Source: Pseudanabaena sp.
GTDB taxonomy: Bacteria > Cyanobacteriota > Cyanobacteriia > Pseudanabaenales > Pseudanabaenaceae
DNA length: 24,000 nucleotides
Reading direction: 5' to 3'
Assembly (NCBI GenBank): GCA_041687725.1
Contig: JBDNJN010000282.1
Coordinates: forward strand, 1-24,000
The first letter of the stretch is position 1. Every line of letters begins with the position of its first letter. The notes beneath the pieces are model-generated. The model was not told the DNA's origin, did no database searches, and saw only the letters and a program-made list of their open reading frames with translations. Positions 15,318 to 23,581 of this stretch are shown here, one piece after another. The position numbers and the translations under genes were made by a program.

Positions 15318-16868
15318 ATGCAAACATTGAGTCCCACCATCTCCCCAACTATCTCCAAAACAGCCAAACACAGAGTCGCTGACATAGAGACTGATTCTCT
15401 GCTGTCAGCGATCGCCCAATCATCAGTCTTGCAAACAGCTTTGGCTGGTTTGGATGCGAGCCTCAATGACGAGCTAGATCGTTATCGCCACTGGCAAGCC
15501 AACGGTCAAACAATTTCTTATCTCAATCCCTTTAGACCCCGCGCTATTTCAAATCAATCGATTTGGACATCGCCCAGTTTGTCGGATGCGCTATCACCGC
15601 TCGAGCCAATTACTGAAACTAATAGCGATCGCCGAACTATCCAAATGCCCATGATGCCAGTCATGCGGGCAGTACCAGCATCAAGCCCCATAAGTCCATC
15701 GATCAATATATCTACAGCCGAGTTGCATAATTTTAGAGGTTCAGAAAATCTCTATAGCCTCGAAAATTTGGGAGATACTCACGGAGATATCGCCTACGAT
15801 CAAGACAGAAACGGCTATGGTAATTCCACAATCGATCTCAATTTGCCAACGATGGCAAAACTGCCTGAACCTGACGATGATGATATTTTGCAAGGCTTTG
15901 CCAATGATTATGCTGATCATTATCAAGACTCCATCTACCAAGAGTCTGAATACCCCATTCCCAGCGCAGCAAACGAAAAGAGCGGCTTACGCAGCTTGAT
16001 GAATCCTGTGGGGATTATTTCGTTGTTATTATTGCTCTGCTCTAGTGCGGCGATCGGCTATCTCATGGTCGATCCATCGGGAATGACAAAACTTTTCAAA
16101 CCTGAATCACGCCCAAAGTCCTCCCAAACCGATGGCAAAGCCTCAGACTTAGGCAGCGATATTAATTTGCAAAATCAGCAAAAAGCGGGTGACTCCTTGA
16201 ATTTTGTGCCTTTTGCAGGTGATAAAACTCAGTCAAATCAAACAATTGACAGTTTGACTAAAAATAATAAAGCGTTAACTAATTCACCCAAAGACCTATT
16301 AGCCAACCCATCAACGAAGTCATCATCTTTATTCGCACCGAGTAGTACCTTTGTCCCCAGTACACCCTTGCGAACCGTGCCATCAACTGCCTTCCCAGCA
16401 ATTTCAGTTGCGCCGCTACCATCAGCTTTAGCACCTTTAGAGCGTAGCTACAGTCCACCTGCTCCTGCGCGTCAAAATTACGAACCACCTGCGCCGCGCA
16501 GTTCAACTAATAGTTCTAATAGTTCTAATAGTCCAGCACCTTCGACAAGCACGCCGACAACTGCCTATGTTGCTCCACGCACCCCTGTCTACGTTGTTCC
16601 ACGCAGTAGCAATACTGCGGTGAAGTATGCTGCGCCCTTGTCATCGGCTCCTGACTCATCGGCTCCAAGTGTACCTGCTGCTCCAAGTACCAGCTATCGT
16701 GTAGTTGTCGAAAATAACTATGCTGCTAGCGCTCAACAGGTGTTCAAAGATGCGTATGTGCGTCCAAGTGATGGACAAGTGCAAATTGGTGCTTACCAAA
16801 ATCCTAGCTCGGCTCAAAACCGAATTGAACAATTACGCCGTCAAGGGATTCCTGCCAGAATTGAATAA
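15318..16868 (+). CDS. Single-pass membrane protein with a P/S/T-rich linker and a C-terminal SPOR-like domain; candidate anti-sigma partner
   Basis: The gene starts 10 nt after the sigma-like gene, with GAGG 8 nt upstream. One TM segment is present (GIISLLLLLCSSAAIGYLMV). The linker is about 200 aa of low-complexity Pro/Ser/Thr/Ala. The C-terminus YRVVVENNYAASAQQVF...VQIGAYQNPSSAQNRIEQLRRQGIPARIE resembles a SPOR peptidoglycan-binding repeat. Confidence 0.6.
   Translation: MQTLSPTISPTISKTAKHRVADIETDSLLSAIAQSSVLQTALAGLDASLNDELDRYRHWQANGQTISYLNPFRPRAISNQSIWTSPSLSDALSPLEPITETNSDRRTIQMPMMPVMRAVPASSPISPSINISTAELHNFRGSENLYSLENLGDTHGDIAYDQDRNGYGNSTIDLNLPTMAKLPEPDDDDILQGFANDYADHYQDSIYQESEYPIPSAANEKSGLRSLMNPVGIISLLLLLCSSAAIGYLMVDPSGMTKLFKPESRPKSSQTDGKASDLGSDINLQNQQKAGDSLNFVPFAGDKTQSNQTIDSLTKNNKALTNSPKDLLANPSTKSSSLFAPSSTFVPSTPLRTVPSTAFPAISVAPLPSALAPLERSYSPPAPARQNYEPPAPRSSTNSSNSSNSPAPSTSTPTTAYVAPRTPVYVVPRSSNTAVKYAAPLSSAPDSSAPSVPAAPSTSYRVVVENNYAASAQQVFKDAYVRPSDGQVQIGAYQNPSSAQNRIEQLRRQGIPARIE
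16508..16534 (+). repeat. 9-bp tandem repeat (TAATAGTTC x3, third copy with one mismatch) encoding NSSNSSNS
   Basis: A direct read of 16508-16534 shows the repeat. It lies inside the low-complexity linker of the SPOR-domain protein. Confidence 0.8.
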
Positions 16869-16869
16869 G

Positions 16870-16912
16870 ACTGATTATTTGTGGAGCATTTTGCGTCTCA
16901 CAAATAATCAGT
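16870..16912 (+). terminator. AT-rich 14-bp perfect hairpin immediately after the SPOR-protein stop codon
   Basis: ACTGATTATTTGTG (16870-16883) pairs with CACAAATAATCAGT (16899-16912) across a 15-nt loop. No U tract follows, so a terminator function is uncertain. Confidence 0.35.
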
Positions 16913-16933
16913 TACTAGCGAGACACGAAATAT

Positions 16934-17284
16934 ATGCACTTTCTTTATGATGCGATCGCCTGCGGTTTATTGGCAGCATTAACATGGATGGGACTGGTAT
17001 GGATGTCACCAAGTCGCCCGATTGAGTCTGGAAAAGCTTGGGTTCAGGGCGTTGGCATTGTCGCGATCGCAAATATATTTGTTTGGATTGCTTTAGTCGG
17101 GTTAAATTTGCGATGGATTCCCCTATGGGCATTTTGCTTTTTAGGGATCAATGCCGCGATCGCCAGTTTTATATTTCCGCTTTGTGAAGGAATTAAAATT
17201 CCTAATGTTTGGGCTTTGTTTATACACCCCTTAGCGATTACTACGATTATAGTGTTGCTAGGTGGGGCAGTTGGCATTTTATAG
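16934..17284 (+). CDS. Small integral membrane protein of unknown function
   Basis: The 116-aa ORF has about four hydrophobic segments (for example GLLAALTWMGLVWM, VGIVAIANIFVWIALVGL, LWAFCFLGINAAIASFIF, LAITTIIVLLGGAVGIL). I recognise no family. Confidence 0.45.
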   Translation: MHFLYDAIACGLLAALTWMGLVWMSPSRPIESGKAWVQGVGIVAIANIFVWIALVGLNLRWIPLWAFCFLGINAAIASFIFPLCEGIKIPNVWALFIHPLAITTIIVLLGGAVGIL

Positions 17285-17386
17285 CTGTCGCCACTTGGAT
17301 TAAGAGTATCTCTAAAAATAGGTGTAGACAGGGAGATTGAGTGCGATGGTCACAGTCTATTATTTGTTGTCGTGAGCCTTCACGAC

Positions 17387-17971
17387 CTAAAACTCATGGC
17401 TAAAATCTTGGATTTTCTTGAATTTATAAAGATCCATAATTGCACCCCAGATCGCTGCTCCAGTTTCAGGATCTACGCCGCGATCGCCACTCCAAAAACT
17501 ATTCGCTGTCACTTCAAAACCTAAAACAACCTGTCGCGATTCGTTTAAATATTGAAAGCAACATTTGGCATCGGCTGGCATTGTGGCTTCGTAGCAACCA
17601 TTCGCAAAATCAACATCTAATAAGCATCCTGCGAGAGGCTCGATATCATTAATGGTGATTTGCTTGAGGCGATCGCGATCTTTTCCTGCTCCTGACCACG
17701 CACTGGGATCTTTAAAGCCCCAATATTTGATTTGGATCTTGCCATCGGTTTCAATGAATTGGAGAATGCGCTGACGATAGGGGCGATCGCTTTTAAGGGC
17801 ATTAGCTTGCTCAGCAAACAAAGCAACTTCCCCGAAAACTTTATGAGGAATTGGTCGTTGCCACCAGACTAAATTCACAAACCATATGGGTTGATCGAGC
17901 GCTTGCTCACGGTTACTAAATTCACCAGACATCCACAAGGTAAGAGTTGAGAGTTCTTCGGAAATATTCAT
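17387..17971 (-). CDS. cpcT: Phycobiliprotein chromophore lyase, CpcT/CpeT family
   Basis: The N-terminal signature is LTLWMSGEFSNREQALDQPIWFVNLVWWQRPIP. The length (194 aa) and the beta-barrel-type sequence are typical of T-type bilin lyases. Confidence 0.85.
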   Translation of the reverse strand: MNISEELSTLTLWMSGEFSNREQALDQPIWFVNLVWWQRPIPHKVFGEVALFAEQANALKSDRPYRQRILQFIETDGKIQIKYWGFKDPSAWSGAGKDRDRLKQITINDIEPLAGCLLDVDFANGCYEATMPADAKCCFQYLNESRQVVLGFEVTANSFWSGDRGVDPETGAAIWGAIMDLYKFKKIQDFSHEF

Positions 17972-18001
17972 GTTAAATATTCGTATTAATTCGTGCGATC
18001 G

Positions 18002-18436
18002 CTATTGCCAGAATCTTTTATTCAAAATCGACTCAATATCTCGTTCAAGTTCCCACGCTTTAGGGAAGTTCGTATCTGGATAGTCGGCACTCAGATCATA
18101 GAGCGCAGATGAGTAGTTAAAATCAAACCTTTTATCCCAGTTTTCTTTTAAGCTAGGGGCATCTTCAAAAATAAGCTCAATACCGCATCGATAAAAGCTA
18201 ATGTCGCTTTGCCATCTCTCAAATTGATTGGGTAAGGGGACGTATAGCCGTTTGAGCATATTGATAAGCAGGTTTTTCAGGTCGTCATCTAAATCTCTTT
18301 TGAGGATATAGATCAAGCTTTCAAATTCTTCAATCAGGTTGTCTAAGTCCAGATTTTGAAAATCTTTGGCTTTAAGCTTGGCGACATTTTCCTGAACCCA
18401 AAGTATATAATCTTGGTCAAATAAAAACTGATTCAT
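18002..18436 (-). CDS. DUF29 family protein
   Basis: The N-terminus LFDQDYILWVQENVAKLKAKDFQNLDLDNLIEEFESL matches the characteristic DUF29 opening (LYxxDxxxWxxxQxxxLRxxxxxxLDxxNLxEEIESL). The length is 144 aa. Confidence 0.8.
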   Translation of the reverse strand: MNQFLFDQDYILWVQENVAKLKAKDFQNLDLDNLIEEFESLIYILKRDLDDDLKNLLINMLKRLYVPLPNQFERWQSDISFYRCGIELIFEDAPSLKENWDKRFDFNYSSALYDLSADYPDTNFPKAWELERDIESILNKRFWQ

Positions 18437-18536
18437 TCTAATCTCTGCCTGTAAAATCAGGTTGGTACAATGGGAAAATATGCAACTATGTTATCTCCTG
18501 CTCTCGACTCAGTAAAAGATGGTTAGAATTTTCTTG

Positions 18537-18542
18537 TATAAT
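18537..18542 (+). promoter_or_regulatory. Candidate -10 box (TATAAT) for the ATPase/DUF4435 operon
   Basis: A perfect TATAAT lies 28 nt upstream of the ATG at 18571. No convincing -35 element is seen. Confidence 0.25.
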
Positions 18543-18570
18543 TGAGACTAATCGCAACTAGCAAAATAAT

Positions 18571-19779
18571 ATGAAACTTAAAAGAGTCTCTGTCAAAGGG
18601 CTAAACAATAAAGTTGATTGTGATTTTGAATTTCACGATGACATAAATATTGTTACAGGCATCAATGGCTGTGGGAAAACAACATTCCTAAAAATGATCT
18701 GGTATGCAATTTCAGGGAATATCGACCGTCTTATATCTGAAATAAGTTTTGAAGAATTCAGCTTGGAAACCAGTAAATTTTCACTATTACTAATCAATCA
18801 AACATATGAAACTAAGGAGCAATCTCCAATTGTTGTTTCGCCACAAGATGCAGGGTATTTTCCCTATTTCTCAAATAAAAGTAGCCCTATTGAATGGCAA
18901 TGTATTTTAAATGGAATTAAACAAAATGGTTATATTAATTTAGGCGAATATAATCCAACGGGAGGAGTAGAGTTATTAAAATCTCTAATCTTAAAAATTG
19001 GTGAATCATCTCTGTTTTTTCCAACTTTTAGAAGGATTGAGGGGGGATATTCATTAATCAATCCTAAAAGCCAGAGACCTATATCAAAAGCGTTCAAGTC
19101 ATTAGCAGATATGAAGCAAGATTTAAGAGAGATAAATAATGTAAATATACAAGATGGATTTGACAAATTATCAAATAATATGTCATTTGCTGAGCATAAA
19201 TTTATATGTTCTATATCAACTCATGATCTTGGTTATTTGCTCCGCCTACACCATGCTGAGACAACCGAAAAAATTGATGAATATTCTCTTGCTTTAAATA
19301 AATCATTAATTAGTAAGCTTGAAAATATAAAATCTGGCATTGGGGATAGCAAGGATGAATCGTTAGCTATTGTTAGTAAACTACAGCGAGAAGTGGCAGA
19401 TGTTGATAATAAGCGAGATGAACTTCTACAACCTTTTAAAGTGCTATCTGAATTAGTTACTAAAGTTATGCACTATAAAGGTGTCAAACTTGATGATTTC
19501 AATATTGGAGATTCAGACAACGCTATTGATTCTAGATTGCTTTCATCTGGTGAACAACAAATGCTTAGCTTTCTTTGCTATAACGCATTTTATGAAGACT
19601 CAGTAATATTTATTGATGAACCTGAATTAAGTCTTCATCCAGATTGGCAGCGTAGATTATTTCCTAACTTGATGAAACAACAATCAAGTAACCAGTTTAT
19701 TGTGGCTACACATTCCCCTATGATCTACTCTAAATATTCAGATAAAGAGCTTATACTTTCATCGGAGAAAGGTGAATGA
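18571..19779 (+). CDS. ABC/SMC-type (AAA_15/21/23-like) ATPase, AriA/OLD-ATPase-like
   Basis: Walker A is GINGCGKTT (K36). The ABC signature-like motif is LSSGEQQML. Walker B and D-loop read VIFIDEPELSLHPD. The H-loop is VATHSP. About 280 aa lie between Walker A and the signature, including a helical stretch rich in charged residues (EKIDEYSLALNKSLISKLENIKS...LQREVADVDNKRDELLQPF). Confidence 0.85.
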   Translation: MKLKRVSVKGLNNKVDCDFEFHDDINIVTGINGCGKTTFLKMIWYAISGNIDRLISEISFEEFSLETSKFSLLLINQTYETKEQSPIVVSPQDAGYFPYFSNKSSPIEWQCILNGIKQNGYINLGEYNPTGGVELLKSLILKIGESSLFFPTFRRIEGGYSLINPKSQRPISKAFKSLADMKQDLREINNVNIQDGFDKLSNNMSFAEHKFICSISTHDLGYLLRLHHAETTEKIDEYSLALNKSLISKLENIKSGIGDSKDESLAIVSKLQREVADVDNKRDELLQPFKVLSELVTKVMHYKGVKLDDFNIGDSDNAIDSRLLSSGEQQMLSFLCYNAFYEDSVIFIDEPELSLHPDWQRRLFPNLMKQQSSNQFIVATHSPMIYSKYSDKELILSSEKGE

Positions 19780-20519
19780 GTAAAGGAAAGTATCTTTCTG
19801 AAGATGAAATTGTAGCTCTATTGAGAGACACATCACTTCCAACAATCTTAGTTGAAGGTAGTGATGATTTATCTGTATATAACAGATACCTAGAAAGCAA
19901 GATTAATATTGAAGATGTTGATGTTTTACCTTGTCAAGGAAGACCAACTCTTCTCAATATCTTTCAAAGAAGAGAAGAATTTAAAAATGCTCAAGTTGTC
20001 TTTGTTGCCGACAAAGATATGTGGTTCTTTTTTGGTATTCCAAAAGAATATAAAAGTCAAATAGTATTTACAGATGGATACTCATTAGAAAATGATATTT
20101 ATGTTGAACAAAGTTTCAAAAGACTATTAGATAAAGATGATGTAAAAAAGTTTGAGAATTTAATTAAAGAGCTATCAATTTGGTTTGCATTTGAAGTCAA
20201 TAGATATCAAGAGACTAGTTATTCTAAATGTGATGTTAATATAAATAGGATATGTCCAGATGATACACTTTGTCCCAATTTTAAGCAAAAAATAAATTTT
20301 GTCGATCCACCTCACGAGCTTGTAGATCGTATTCATCGAGAATATGCTAGGGCATTACGTGGTAAAAACTTATTTGAGGCTTTGGTAAGATTTCTGACTC
20401 GTCGAACATCAAACTATAGTCGAGCTAATCTTCTTGAGCTTGGCTCAAAGGTACTTGATAATCCACGAATAGAAATTCTGGTTAATAAAATTGTTGGAAA
20501 ATTTCAAGAATATCGCTAA
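19776..20519 (+). CDS. DUF4435 / TOPRIM-like protein, AriB-like candidate nuclease effector
   Basis: The start overlaps the ATPase stop codon (ATGA at 19776-19779), with GGAG at 19764-19767. [16 protein letters not shown] (E27) fits the DUF4435 opening VEGxxDxxxY and the TOPRIM Glu. [12 protein letters not shown] (D79, D81) fits the TOPRIM DxD. Confidence 0.75.
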   Translation: MSKGKYLSEDEIVALLRDTSLPTILVEGSDDLSVYNRYLESKINIEDVDVLPCQGRPTLLNIFQRREEFKNAQVVFVADKDMWFFFGIPKEYKSQIVFTDGYSLENDIYVEQSFKRLLDKDDVKKFENLIKELSIWFAFEVNRYQETSYSKCDVNINRICPDDTLCPNFKQKINFVDPPHELVDRIHREYARALRGKNLFEALVRFLTRRTSNYSRANLLELGSKVLDNPRIEILVNKIVGKFQEYR

Positions 20520-20596
20520 GTAATAACCTCGATAGGGGGCTAATACGATGTCCAAACGATGCCAAAATAGTATTTGATTTAAGTGGAGAAAGATCG

Positions 20597-22000
20597 GTGT
20601 CGGAAAAGTTTGATTACGATTTGATCATTATTGGTGCGGGAGTTGGTGGACATGGTGCTGCACTTCACGCCGTCGCCTGTGGATTAAAAACGGCGATCGT
20701 TGAGGATGGTGTGATGGGCGGAACCTGTGTTAATCGTGGCTGCATTCCCTCAAAGGCTTTGTTGGCGGCTTCGGGACGTGTACGCGAAATGCGGGCAAAG
20801 TCTCACCTCAAGGCGCTGGGTATTGATATCGGTGAAGTGAATTTTGATCGCAGCGCGATCGCTAGTCATGCCGATAACTTAGTGTTGAAATTGCGCGGCG
20901 ACTTAACCAATAGCCTTAAAAAATTAGGCGTAGATATTTTGCAAGGTCGCGGTCGTGTGGCGGGTGTGCAGAAGGTTAGCGTTGGCGACAAGATTTACAG
21001 CGCCAAAGATATTATTCTTGCTACAGGTTCCGAACCATTTGTGCCACGCGGTGTTGAACTCGATGGCAAAACTGTATTTACTAGCGATCAGGCAGTGCGT
21101 CTGGAAACCTTACCGCAGTGGATTGCGATTATCGGTAGCGGCTATATCGGTCTAGAATTTGCGGATGTCTATACGGCGCTTGGTTCAGAAGTGACGATGA
21201 TCGAAGCGTTAGATATCTTGATGCCGGGGTTTGATCCTGATATTGCCAAGATCGCGGAACGCATATTGCTGAAGCCTCGCGACATTGAAACGAGAACAGG
21301 TGTATTTGCGACTAAAATCACCGCAGGTTCGCCAGTTAAAATTGAACTTACCGATGCAAAGACGAAGAAAGTAATTGAAGTTTTAGAAGTCGATGCTTGT
21401 CTGGTTGCGACTGGTCGGATTCCGCTTACTAAGGATCTTGGTTTAGAAAGTGTGGGAATCGCGCCCAATCAACGCGGATTTATTGATGTGGATGACAAGA
21501 TGGCGACTTCTGTTCCCCATTTATGGGCGATCGGGGATGCGACTGGTAAGATGATGCTCGCTCATGCGGCTTCGGCTCAGGGCATTGTGGCGGTAGAAAA
21601 TATTTGCGATCGCCATGCCACGGTTGATTATCAAAGTATTCCTGCGGCTGCTTTTACGCATCCTGAAATTAGCTTTGTCGGTTTGACGGAGCCACAGGCT
21701 AAGGAAAAGGGGACTCTGGAAGGCTTTAAGGTGGCGACTACGAAGTCTTACTTCAAGGGAAATTCTAAGGCGATCGCTGAGGGAGAAACCGATGGACTCG
21801 CCAAGATTGTTTACCGTGTCGATACAGGCGAACTTTTGGGCGCACATATTATTGGTATTCATGCTTCAGATTTGATTCATGAAGCTTCTGCGGCGATACG
21901 CGATCGCGCTACTGTCCAGAAATTAGCGACAATTGTTCACGCGCACCCAACTCTCAGCGAAGTGTTGGATGAAGCTTACAAACGCGCAGCGCATATCTAG
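20597..22000 (+). CDS. lpdA: Dihydrolipoyl dehydrogenase (E3 component)
   Basis: The GTG start has GGAGAAAG upstream. The FAD motif is [12 protein letters not shown]. The redox-active disulfide is [13 protein letters not shown]. The NAD motif is [11 protein letters not shown]. The C-terminal His-Glu dyad is HAHPTLSE. Confidence 0.95.
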   Translation: MSEKFDYDLIIIGAGVGGHGAALHAVACGLKTAIVEDGVMGGTCVNRGCIPSKALLAASGRVREMRAKSHLKALGIDIGEVNFDRSAIASHADNLVLKLRGDLTNSLKKLGVDILQGRGRVAGVQKVSVGDKIYSAKDIILATGSEPFVPRGVELDGKTVFTSDQAVRLETLPQWIAIIGSGYIGLEFADVYTALGSEVTMIEALDILMPGFDPDIAKIAERILLKPRDIETRTGVFATKITAGSPVKIELTDAKTKKVIEVLEVDACLVATGRIPLTKDLGLESVGIAPNQRGFIDVDDKMATSVPHLWAIGDATGKMMLAHAASAQGIVAVENICDRHATVDYQSIPAAAFTHPEISFVGLTEPQAKEKGTLEGFKVATTKSYFKGNSKAIAEGETDGLAKIVYRVDTGELLGAHIIGIHASDLIHEASAAIRDRATVQKLATIVHAHPTLSEVLDEAYKRAAHI

Positions 22001-22020
22001 AACCCTCAATAGGCTGTAAC

Positions 22021-22051
22021 AAAAAATGAGTAGCGGCGCTACTCATTTTTT
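22021..22051 (+). terminator. Rho-independent terminator of lpdA
   Basis: The sequence is AAAAAATGAGTAGC-GGC-GCTACTCATTTTTT. It forms a perfect 14-bp stem that ends in a T run. Confidence 0.7.
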
Positions 22052-22057
22052 CGGTTT

Positions 22058-22086
22058 TTAAGATAACGGAACCGTCAAGTTATAAT
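22058..22086 (+). promoter_or_regulatory. Candidate sigma-70-type promoter for purK
   Basis: TTAAGA (22058-22063) and a perfect TATAAT (22081-22086) are separated by a 17-nt spacer. The -10 box lies about 49 nt upstream of the start codon. Confidence 0.3.
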
Positions 22087-22134
22087 GAAAGGCTATCTGT
22101 TAAATTATAGAAATATTAATTCAGGATTTTTTTA

Positions 22135-23283
22135 GTGGTGACTCGGCAAAAAATCGGGGTAATTGGTGGCGGTCAGTTGGCATGGATGATGGCGATCGCC
22201 GCCAAATATCTTGGGATTGAACTAACTGTGCAAGCAGCAAGTCCTGATGACTCAGCCGTGAATGTTGCCGATCGCGTAATTTATGGCGATGTTGCTGATG
22301 CGATCGCTACAGCCAATCTCGCTGAACATTGCCAAGCGATTACCTTTGAGAATGAATTTGTCGATCTTGTGGCTTTGCAAAAGCTTAGTGATCGCGGCTT
22401 ATTATTTTTACCAAGATTAGAAACTTTGGCGATCGCTGTTGATAAGCTCAACCAACGCCAACATTTTCGCGATCACCATATTCCCACACCCGAATTTTAT
22501 AGCGTAGATAGTGAAGCAGAACTTTTAATGTCGGCTGAATACTTGGGCTATCCATTAGTTCTCAAAGCCAGAAGGCATGGCTATGACGGTAAAGGTACTT
22601 GGGTAATTAAAAATCAAATAGATTTGCGATCGGCTTGGGAAAGTATGCACAGAGCGCCAGCGATCGCTGAAGCATTTATTCCCTTTGAACGCGAAATCGC
22701 GGTGATTGCGGCGCGATCGCAATCAGGCGAAATAGTCATTTATCCCGTTGTCGAAACTTTGCAAACCAACCAAGTTTGTCGCCGCACGATCGCCCCTGCG
22801 CGAATTGATGCCAAGGTTAGCGAAAAAGTCGCAACTATTGCTAAGCAAATTGTTAACACCCTTGATGCGGTTGGCGTATTTGGCATCGAATTCTTTTTAA
22901 CTGCGAAAGGCGAAATCAGCGTTAACGAAATTGCACCGCGCACCCACAATTCAGGGCATTACACCATTGAAGGCTGCCAAACTTCGCAATTTGAGCAATT
23001 ATTGCGTGTGGTCAGCGGGAGACCCCTTGGTAATGTGTCGATGGTTGCACCTGTAGTAGTGATGGTCAATTTACTCGGCTTTGAGGATGCGTCTGGTGTC
23101 GATGCTGATTATTTAGATAAACGCAAAGCGATCGCGAGTTTCCCCAACACGCATATTCATTGGTATGGCAAAAAACAATCATCGGGTGGTCGCAAACTTG
23201 GTCATGTGACAATTTTGGCGGAAACACACGATATCGCTATTGGTATTAGCGATCGCATTGAAAGCATTTGGTATAGCAATTAG
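22135..23283 (+). CDS. purK: N5-carboxyaminoimidazole ribonucleotide synthase (ATP-grasp)
   Basis: PurK-type sequence is seen throughout, for example IGVIGGGQLAWMM, GYPLVLKARRHGYDGKGTWVI, NEIAPRTHNSGHYT and GRKLGHVT. It has a GTG start. Confidence 0.9.
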   Translation: MVTRQKIGVIGGGQLAWMMAIAAKYLGIELTVQAASPDDSAVNVADRVIYGDVADAIATANLAEHCQAITFENEFVDLVALQKLSDRGLLFLPRLETLAIAVDKLNQRQHFRDHHIPTPEFYSVDSEAELLMSAEYLGYPLVLKARRHGYDGKGTWVIKNQIDLRSAWESMHRAPAIAEAFIPFEREIAVIAARSQSGEIVIYPVVETLQTNQVCRRTIAPARIDAKVSEKVATIAKQIVNTLDAVGVFGIEFFLTAKGEISVNEIAPRTHNSGHYTIEGCQTSQFEQLLRVVSGRPLGNVSMVAPVVVMVNLLGFEDASGVDADYLDKRKAIASFPNTHIHWYGKKQSSGGRKLGHVTILAETHDIAIGISDRIESIWYSN

Positions 23284-23307
23284 GAATAGCGCTTTGCGCT
23301 ATTCCTA
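23281..23307 (+). terminator. Hairpin terminator overlapping the purK stop codon
   Basis: TAGGAATAGCGC pairs with GCGCTATTCCTA across a TTT loop, giving a perfect 12-bp stem. It is followed by ATTTGAT. Confidence 0.55.
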
Positions 23308-23434
23308 ATTTGATAAATCAAGCCAAAATGCTGATACAGAAAACATTTCAAATAAGCACTTTAGCTGATGAAAACCCTTTTCGCTTCGTGGGAAGTTATA
23401 TATGCGTCTCAATTGTTTCATTGAACAAGAGTTA

Positions 23435-23481
23435 GCGGGAAATGGCGTTACTGAACGTTGCCATTACCCGCTATTTTTTTT
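23435..23481 (+). terminator. Orphan rho-independent terminator with no annotated upstream gene
   Basis: GCGGGAAATGGC (23435-23446) pairs with GCCATTACCCGC (23460-23471) with one mismatch. The hairpin is followed by TATTTTTTTT. Confidence 0.5.
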
Positions 23482-23513
23482 ATACCTATCCGCCACCTGT
23501 CTTAGAAAGTAAA

Positions 23514-23560
23514 ACCCAAAAATAGAAGGCGGCGCTCCGCGCCGCCTTCTATTTTTGGGT
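23514..23560. terminator. 22-bp perfect-stem bidirectional terminator downstream of lipA
   Basis: ACCCAAAAATAGAAGGCGGCGC pairs with GCGCCGCCTTCTATTTTTGGGT across a TCC loop. It lies 21 nt from the lipA stop codon at 23582-23584. Confidence 0.65.
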
Positions 23561-23581
23561 CTTTAACATACTTGGCGACAT

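Noticed and set aside
16908-17277. Minus-strand ORFs (16908..17132, 17044..17277) that compete with the 116-aa membrane protein.
   Set aside because: The plus-strand frame gives four coherent hydrophobic helices. The antisense frames give none. Even so, the plus-strand call carries only moderate confidence.
17368-17386. The hairpin GTCGTGA-GCCT-TCACGAC next to the cpcT stop codon, considered as a terminator.
   Set aside because: It has only a 7-bp stem and no U tract on either strand, so it was not reported as a feature.
20955-21862. ORFs inside lpdA in other frames or on the other strand (20955..21155, 21169..21468, 21521..21862), and 22740..22949 inside purK.
   Set aside because: They are shadow ORFs within confidently identified housekeeping genes.
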